Assembly: GCA_051532055.1 (NCBI GenBank) | Contig: JAOPTX010000027.1 | Span: 1-32,977 of the forward strand | DNA: 32,977 nucleotides | Reading direction: 5' to 3' | Source: Fibrobacterales bacterium | Lineage (GTDB): Bacteria > Fibrobacterota > Fibrobacteria > Fibrobacterales > JAOPTW01 | Shown: piece by piece, positions 28,016-32,977 of the stretch | Layout of the letters: each line of letters opens with the position of its first letter | Position numbering within the stretch: the stretch's first letter is position 1 | Program-made: the position numbers and the translations under genes | Notes under the pieces: model-generated | Seen by the model: only the letters and a program-made list of their open reading frames with translations | Told to the model about the DNA's origin: nothing | Database searches by the model: none

Positions 28016-28154
28016 AGAGCTCTCCTTTAATAAATACTGAATATAGATATTTAGATTCTCGAATTTGAACTGGGAAAATAAAGTTTCAAAGTGGTAGAGT
28101 CTTTTTATTATTAGATTTTCTAAACAGTTATAAAATGTATTCAAGGACCATCTA

Positions 28155-29186
28155 ATGAAAAAAATGTTAGCGTCACTGCTTATCCCAGCTTCCCTACTGA
28201 TAGCTCAACCACAACCAAACGCCGCACAGATTGAGGCCATGGAAGAGTTTATATACTCAAGTACACAAGAAATCTTTCAAAAGAAGGAGTACCAATATAG
28301 CCCGAAAGCCTTTAAAAAACCATGGGACAAAAAACCTACTCACTCAAAGAAGGTATACACCAACGCCTTAAAAACTCTCGATAACAATGCAAAAGTTGAA
28401 CTGGGGAAAGGATTTTTTAATAAAAAACGCATTACCTTCACCTCTGAGTTACCTAAGAACTTTACCATAGATCAAGGCGACCTTGTTCTAGAAATATCTC
28501 AGTCTTCTATGAAAGACTCTAAAGGGGCTGAAGTACCCTTTAAAAAGAGCGGTATGGTGTCATTGGGCAATCGATCTTCGAGTGGTTTCAGTAAGGGAAA
28601 GTCGTATAATAACAATTGGATTCGGGTCACCTCAACATTTGAATCTGATGTCCCTGCAAGTACCAAAGCTAAAGGAAGTGTTACTATTAATGCAAAATGT
28701 ATTACTGGTCATAACATCTTAAAAATTACTCCACAAAGTAAAGGGAATGAGCTTAAACTTGGCTCTCACATCATTAAGGTTGTTGATGTTTTTAATAATA
28801 AGATAATAATCGATGCACCTGGAATGGATATGAGCGCCTTCGACTTTGTGAACCTCAACGCCAAAGGGAAGGAACTCAAGAAAATTAATTTCCAAAGTTA
28901 TTCGAAAAAAGTTGGCCCAGAAAAAGCCCAAGGATTTGGAGACGTACCAGGAAAGGGCCTCGAAACTCTCGACCGTGAGATGTACAAGGCTTTTAGTGGA
29001 AATCCAGATATGTCGTTTAAGACTTTTAAAAAACTATTTCATGAGCCTCTTATGAAACGTTCTAAAAATCATTCACAAACAAATCCTAATTACCTTGTTT
29101 TAGAAACTGCTGCACCCATTGAAACGGTGTGGCTCTATTCTCCCCAATTTGGTGTTAAGAAGAGATTCACAAAGAAAATCAAATAA
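28155..29186 (+). CDS. Secreted Lys-rich hypothetical protein (paralog 1)
   Basis: AAGGA RBS; signal peptide; full-length similarity to the next ORF. Confidence 0.8.
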   Translation: MKKMLASLLIPASLLIAQPQPNAAQIEAMEEFIYSSTQEIFQKKEYQYSPKAFKKPWDKKPTHSKKVYTNALKTLDNNAKVELGKGFFNKKRITFTSELPKNFTIDQGDLVLEISQSSMKDSKGAEVPFKKSGMVSLGNRSSSGFSKGKSYNNNWIRVTSTFESDVPASTKAKGSVTINAKCITGHNILKITPQSKGNELKLGSHIIKVVDVFNNKIIIDAPGMDMSAFDFVNLNAKGKELKKINFQSYSKKVGPEKAQGFGDVPGKGLETLDREMYKAFSGNPDMSFKTFKKLFHEPLMKRSKNHSQTNPNYLVLETAAPIETVWLYSPQFGVKKRFTKKIK

Positions 29187-29201
29187 AACATCTTAAAATT
29201 G

Positions 29202-29230
29202 AGGCTCCCACCATTCTGTAGTGGGAGCCT
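29202..29230. terminator. Hairpin between the tandem paralogs
   Basis: AGGCTCCCAC / GTGGGAGCCT perfect 10-bp stem; weak U-tract. Confidence 0.6.
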
Positions 29231-29311
29231 TAGTTCTATATCCACACCTTCCCTGATATTTTCAGTAAATTAACTACATTTATCGCATATTGATGCAGCT
29301 TGAGATTTACT

Positions 29312-30367
29312 ATGAAAATCACCCTTCTTTTCACTTTATTTGCTCTAAACCTCCTATTTTCGGGCCCCAAGTATGTCGAAGAGACAGAACGGACTCCAAA
29401 ACAAATTGCTAAGGTTGAGAAGTACATTTATGCGATTACCAAAGATCTCTTTAAGAAACCGAAAATGGAGTATCTTAAAAAGGAGTTTAAAGCCCCATGG
29501 AAACAAGAAGCACCCTACAGTAAAAAGAGTTATAGAAAGGCGCTCAACTACCTCGACAACCACTCAAAGGTTTCCATTATAGATGGTGTATTTGGGAGAA
29601 AGAGAGTTGTTTTTAACAGTGAATTTCCCAAAAACATGACTGACCTTAAAAACCGATTTCACTTGGAACTGATTGAAACTCGCATGAAAAACAAAACTCA
29701 AAAACGGATATCATTTAATAATACCGGAATGACCAAATGGGGAGTGCGTACCATTGCAGGTGCATCTGCCGGAGAGGCTTTTAGCGACAAGTGGGAAAAT
29801 ATTAAAGTTGAGTTTCAGAGCGAGGAGAAGCCAGGCACCAACCTCTCAGGAGACCTTATCTTCAATGCTCAATTTGCAACAAAATACGAAGCAGTCAAGC
29901 TGACCAGCAAGAGCAAAGGAAAACGATTTACTTTAGGAAAACACTCATATAAAGTGATTTCAGTCAAACACAATAGAATTGTTCTTGAGACCAAAAATCG
30001 TGACCTCGAAAGTTTTGATTATGTCAATTTACACAAGAATGGCAAGGCATATGTTCGTATGACTTTTGGTGAGCACCAAATTCGTGGAGGGCAAATCAAA
30101 CCACTTGCCTATAGAAAAGTTGCTCGTAAACGTATTCAAACAGTCGATAAAGTGATTTATAAAGCTATTGCCAAAAAGCCATCCATGAAATTCAAAAAAT
30201 TTAAACGCAAATTTGATGACCACATTACCCATGCTTTAGAAAAAAATAACATTGATTCTAATGTCTATATTGTCCTAGAATCTGCGGCCCCTATTAATAG
30301 GTTCTATATCTTTGCCCCTATCTTTGAGGCACATAAAAAAATTACACGAAATAATGTATCTGAATAG
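29312..30367 (+). CDS. Secreted Lys/Arg-rich hypothetical protein (paralog 2)
   Basis: Signal-like MKITLLFTLFALNLLFS; shares FK.PW, SKK.Y..AL..LDN..KV, FDY/FVNL and Y.VLE.AAPI with paralog 1. Confidence 0.8.
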   Translation: MKITLLFTLFALNLLFSGPKYVEETERTPKQIAKVEKYIYAITKDLFKKPKMEYLKKEFKAPWKQEAPYSKKSYRKALNYLDNHSKVSIIDGVFGRKRVVFNSEFPKNMTDLKNRFHLELIETRMKNKTQKRISFNNTGMTKWGVRTIAGASAGEAFSDKWENIKVEFQSEEKPGTNLSGDLIFNAQFATKYEAVKLTSKSKGKRFTLGKHSYKVISVKHNRIVLETKNRDLESFDYVNLHKNGKAYVRMTFGEHQIRGGQIKPLAYRKVARKRIQTVDKVIYKAIAKKPSMKFKKFKRKFDDHITHALEKNNIDSNVYIVLESAAPINRFYIFAPIFEAHKKITRNNVSE

Positions 30368-30487
30368 TTTTTGAGGGTTCTTGAATCACGCTGTATCAAG
30401 GGTCAAAATCCTCATTTTATTAGTTATAGAGGCAGAGTGGCATCAATTTAACTATTTTTAGCACATTCCTTTAGTAATAGTAATCTC

Positions 30488-31003
30488 ATGATACCATTTC
30501 CAGAGCTCCGTGACCTTCCCAAATTAGCGAAACAATCTGCCAAATCTACCAAAGTGCTGATTAAAAATTTCAGAAGTCGCCGCCCGCCCAATCTTGATGA
30601 AGTGACTCATGAATATCATGAAAAAGCATTTGAACAAATTGACTGCCTCGATTGTGGTAACTGTTGTTCAAAACTCCCTGCTCTTGTGAAGTTTAAAGAT
30701 ATACGTCCCATAGCTATCGCACTCGATATGGGTGATGGCGACTTCATGGCAGAGTATATCAGAAATGACCGTGATGATGGAGAAATGATTTTCAACGGCC
30801 TCCCTTGCCCTTTCTTAGAAAAAGAAGGCTGTAACTGTACGATATATGACAACCGTCCAAAATCGTGCCAAGCTTACCCACATACTGATACAAGTCGTAT
30901 TATGAAACAGCTTGGATTTATTCAACGCGATGCAGATGTGTGCCCTGCAGTATGGTGGATTGTAGAAAATCTAAAAGTGCATTACAAAGAACGCTATAAA
31001 TAA
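30488..31003 (+). CDS. YkgJ family (CxxCxxCC) cysteine-cluster protein
   Basis: CLDCGNCC...PCPFL....CTIYDNRPKSCQAYP...CPAV. Confidence 0.9.
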   Translation: MIPFPELRDLPKLAKQSAKSTKVLIKNFRSRRPPNLDEVTHEYHEKAFEQIDCLDCGNCCSKLPALVKFKDIRPIAIALDMGDGDFMAEYIRNDRDDGEMIFNGLPCPFLEKEGCNCTIYDNRPKSCQAYPHTDTSRIMKQLGFIQRDADVCPAVWWIVENLKVHYKERYK

Positions 31004-31045
31004 AATATTCATCTCATATGCTCATGTATAAGTATGAGTCACTAT

Positions 31046-31082
31046 CCAGTTGAATGATGTCATCACACTTCAACTGGCTTTA
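31046..31082 (+). terminator. Probable terminator after the YkgJ-like gene
   Basis: CCAGTTGAA / TTCAACTGG stem followed by CTTTT. Confidence 0.55.
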
Positions 31083-31360
31083 TCCTGCCTTGTTTTTAAA
31101 AATGCCCTGTCACTTACAAATGATATCAACTCAACATATTAGGTGCCAGGTTTTATAGTATCGCCTATATTCCAGTATTGATTTAAGGTATTTAAGTCAA
31201 AAAACTCTACTCATTTACCTGCTCAAAGAGCTACACCTTCTCAAACTTGTACCCATATCAGAGTTATATTCTCAATTTGTATTACAACTTTGAATAATAA
31301 AACCACATTATATTGAGTAATTACGTCAATTTAGCTATACTAATATGTACAAAAATAATG

Positions 31361-31377
31361 TTTGTAATCATTACAAA
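31361..31377. promoter_or_regulatory. Per-box-like operator
   Basis: Perfect 8-1-8 palindrome TTTGTAAT-C-ATTACAAA 26 bp upstream of the Fur-family start; resembles the TTATAATnATTATAA Per box. Confidence 0.75.
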
Positions 31378-31403
31378 ATGTAATGAAACAATAGGAGTTC
31401 AGT

Positions 31404-31859
31404 ATGATCGCAACAGTTGCAAGTATAAGCGAACAATTAAAAAAACATGGCATTCGCCCTTCTCATCAGAGAATCAAAATCTATGACTACCTAGTGCGCA
31501 TGAAAAACCACCCTAGTGTCGATCAAATTTTTTGTGATCTACGTGAAGAGATTCCTACACTTTCAAAAACAACTATTTACAGTACTCTTAAAGAATTTTA
31601 TAAAAACAAATTAGTACTCAGTCTCACCATTGATGATCAAGTAACTCGCTATGATGCTGACACGTCAGTACATGGCCACTTTATTTGTGAAAAATGCAAT
31701 GCAATTCATGACTTCGATGTGGATCAAAAACTTCTGAGTTCAACACTGATGGATATTGTTGAAGTTAAAGAGCACCACCTATACCTCCGTGGTACTTGTA
31801 AAAAACATGTAAATGAGACTCAAACGGCACAGGTTACCGAAGCAGTAGCTGCTCACTAA
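31404..31859 (+). CDS. perR: Fur family transcriptional regulator, PerR-like
   Basis: GIRPSHQR, HPSVDQI, TLSKTTIYSTL, RYDAD..HGHFICEKC, YLRGTC; AGGAG RBS. Confidence 0.85.
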   Translation: MIATVASISEQLKKHGIRPSHQRIKIYDYLVRMKNHPSVDQIFCDLREEIPTLSKTTIYSTLKEFYKNKLVLSLTIDDQVTRYDADTSVHGHFICEKCNAIHDFDVDQKLLSSTLMDIVEVKEHHLYLRGTCKKHVNETQTAQVTEAVAAH

Positions 31860-31891
31860 TCTCTACACATACTGAATAGTCATATATTTTT

Positions 31892-31928
31892 AAAACCTGA
31901 AAAGTTATCTTCTCAGGTTTTTCTTTTT
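31892..31928 (+). terminator. Intrinsic terminator after perR
   Basis: AAAACCTGA / TCAGGTTTT stem followed by TCTTTTT. Confidence 0.7.
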
Positions 31929-31986
31929 CATCACCCATCAATACTTATATTGTTACCTACACAGCTTAACATTGCTTCGGAGCATT

Positions 31987-32856
31987 ATGCCATCTCAAGA
32001 GACTATCGTAAAGATTATCAAAGCTCAAGAAAATGAGATAACGGAATACCACATCTACCAAGCTATCGCAAAAACTGTATCTGAATCTCATAATAAAAAT
32101 ACACTTAAAAGAATCGCCGCTGACGAACTGAGCCACTATAAACTACTGAAGTCAATTAGTGGAATTGAAGTCCGCCCTAACCGAAGAAAAATTATTTTCT
32201 TCGTTATTCTTGCAAAAATATTTGGTTTTACCTTTGCCATTAAACGACTAGAAAAAGGTGAAGGTACAGCCCAAGTAAATTATGCAATGCTCGTTGATGA
32301 AGTCCCTGACATTGAACAAATAATTCGTGATGAAGACCGTCATGAAAAAGAACTCATCGACATTCTAGACGAAAAACGTCTCTGGTATATCGGGTCGGTT
32401 GTGCTCGGCATGAGTGATGCCATTGTCGAGATGCTTGGGGCACTAGCTGGCCTCACCTTTGCGTTACAAAACACCCAACTTATCGCCCTTACTGCAACCA
32501 TTACTGGTATCGCAGCCTCTCTTTCAATGGGCTCATCAGAATACATTGCTACCAAGACCGAAAATGATGAAAAACATCCCGTACTTGCAGGCCTTACCAC
32601 CGGTACTGCATTTGTCGTTACGGTCTTTGCCCTGATCATGCCGTTTTATTTTTTAACAGATTATTATCTCGCTCTGGGAATATCAGTTGTAACAACTCTC
32701 GTCATCATAGCAATTTTCACCTTTTATATATCTGTAGCAAAAGAGGTCCCTTTTAAGAAACGTTTTTTAGAGATGTCTATCATGAGTCTCGGCGTTGCAG
32801 GAATTTCCTTCGGTATCGGTCTCGTAGTCAAACAATTTCTAGATATCGATATTTAA
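31987..32856 (+). CDS. Rubrerythrin/ferritin-like domain fused to a VIT1/CCC1 transporter (MbfA-like iron exporter)
   Basis: Di-iron motifs ENEITEY.IY, DELSH, E.GE, DEDRHE; VIT1 motifs VLGMSDAIVE and ASLSMGSSEY; start placed at ATG 31987. Confidence 0.88.
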   Translation: MPSQETIVKIIKAQENEITEYHIYQAIAKTVSESHNKNTLKRIAADELSHYKLLKSISGIEVRPNRRKIIFFVILAKIFGFTFAIKRLEKGEGTAQVNYAMLVDEVPDIEQIIRDEDRHEKELIDILDEKRLWYIGSVVLGMSDAIVEMLGALAGLTFALQNTQLIALTATITGIAASLSMGSSEYIATKTENDEKHPVLAGLTTGTAFVVTVFALIMPFYFLTDYYLALGISVVTTLVIIAIFTFYISVAKEVPFKKRFLEMSIMSLGVAGISFGIGLVVKQFLDIDI

Positions 32857-32871
32857 AACACAAAAATGCAG

Positions 32872-32977
32872 AAAGGGCGTACGAAAGTACGACAAGCAAT
32901 CAAAAGCAACCATTTTTAATTTCAGAGTTAGTAGATACAAAGCATAGACAGCAAAGGCGTACTAAAAGTACGTCAAG
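32872..32977. repeat. Two imperfect ~25-bp direct repeats, each containing a CGTAC/GTACG palindrome
   Basis: AAAGGGCGTACGAAAGTACGACAAG (32872-32896) and AAAGGCGTACTAAAAGTACGTCAAG (32953-32977). Confidence 0.6.

Noticed and set aside
31083..31340. Riboswitch or ncRNA in the long intergenic region before perR
   Set aside because: The AGGTGCC element lacks the rest of the cobalamin riboswitch core, and no other known consensus was recognised
32872..32977. CRISPR array
   Set aside because: Only two imperfect copies with a 56-bp spacer and no cas genes in the window; kept only as a repeat

Overview
AT-rich bacterial chromosomal segment, inferred to be Fibrobacterota from a TIGR02147-family gene and secreted proteins carrying 'DxxGk/r' C-terminal domains. 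Left to right: (1) napD-napA-napB periplasmic nitrate reductase with a four-heme, lipoprotein NapB-like partner; (2) tatA-tatC and a tatB-like gene fused to a degenerate 5-formyl-THF cyclo-ligase domain; (3) a three-lipoprotein operon containing an active/inactive pair of transglutaminase-like paralogs; (4) a sugar-utilisation locus (secreted GH30, outer-membrane barrel, AraC regulator, EIIA-HPr-EI fusion, PtsG-like IIC-IIB-IIB) whose two promoter regions share a tandem 19-bp motif; (5) a candidate polymorphic effector/immunity module: an 838-aa protein with a split OmpA-like/PG-binding N-terminus and a lower-GC C-terminus, plus DUF3592 and unknown genes; (6) a TIGR02147 regulator, LRR lipoprotein and secreted beta-helix cassette with direct repeats upstream; (7) two tandem basic secreted paralogs; (8) YkgJ-like, PerR-like (with a perfect Per-box-like palindrome) and MbfA-like genes. 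No rRNA, tRNA, CRISPR array or transposase was recognised. All family calls come from reading motifs by eye; no database search was run.
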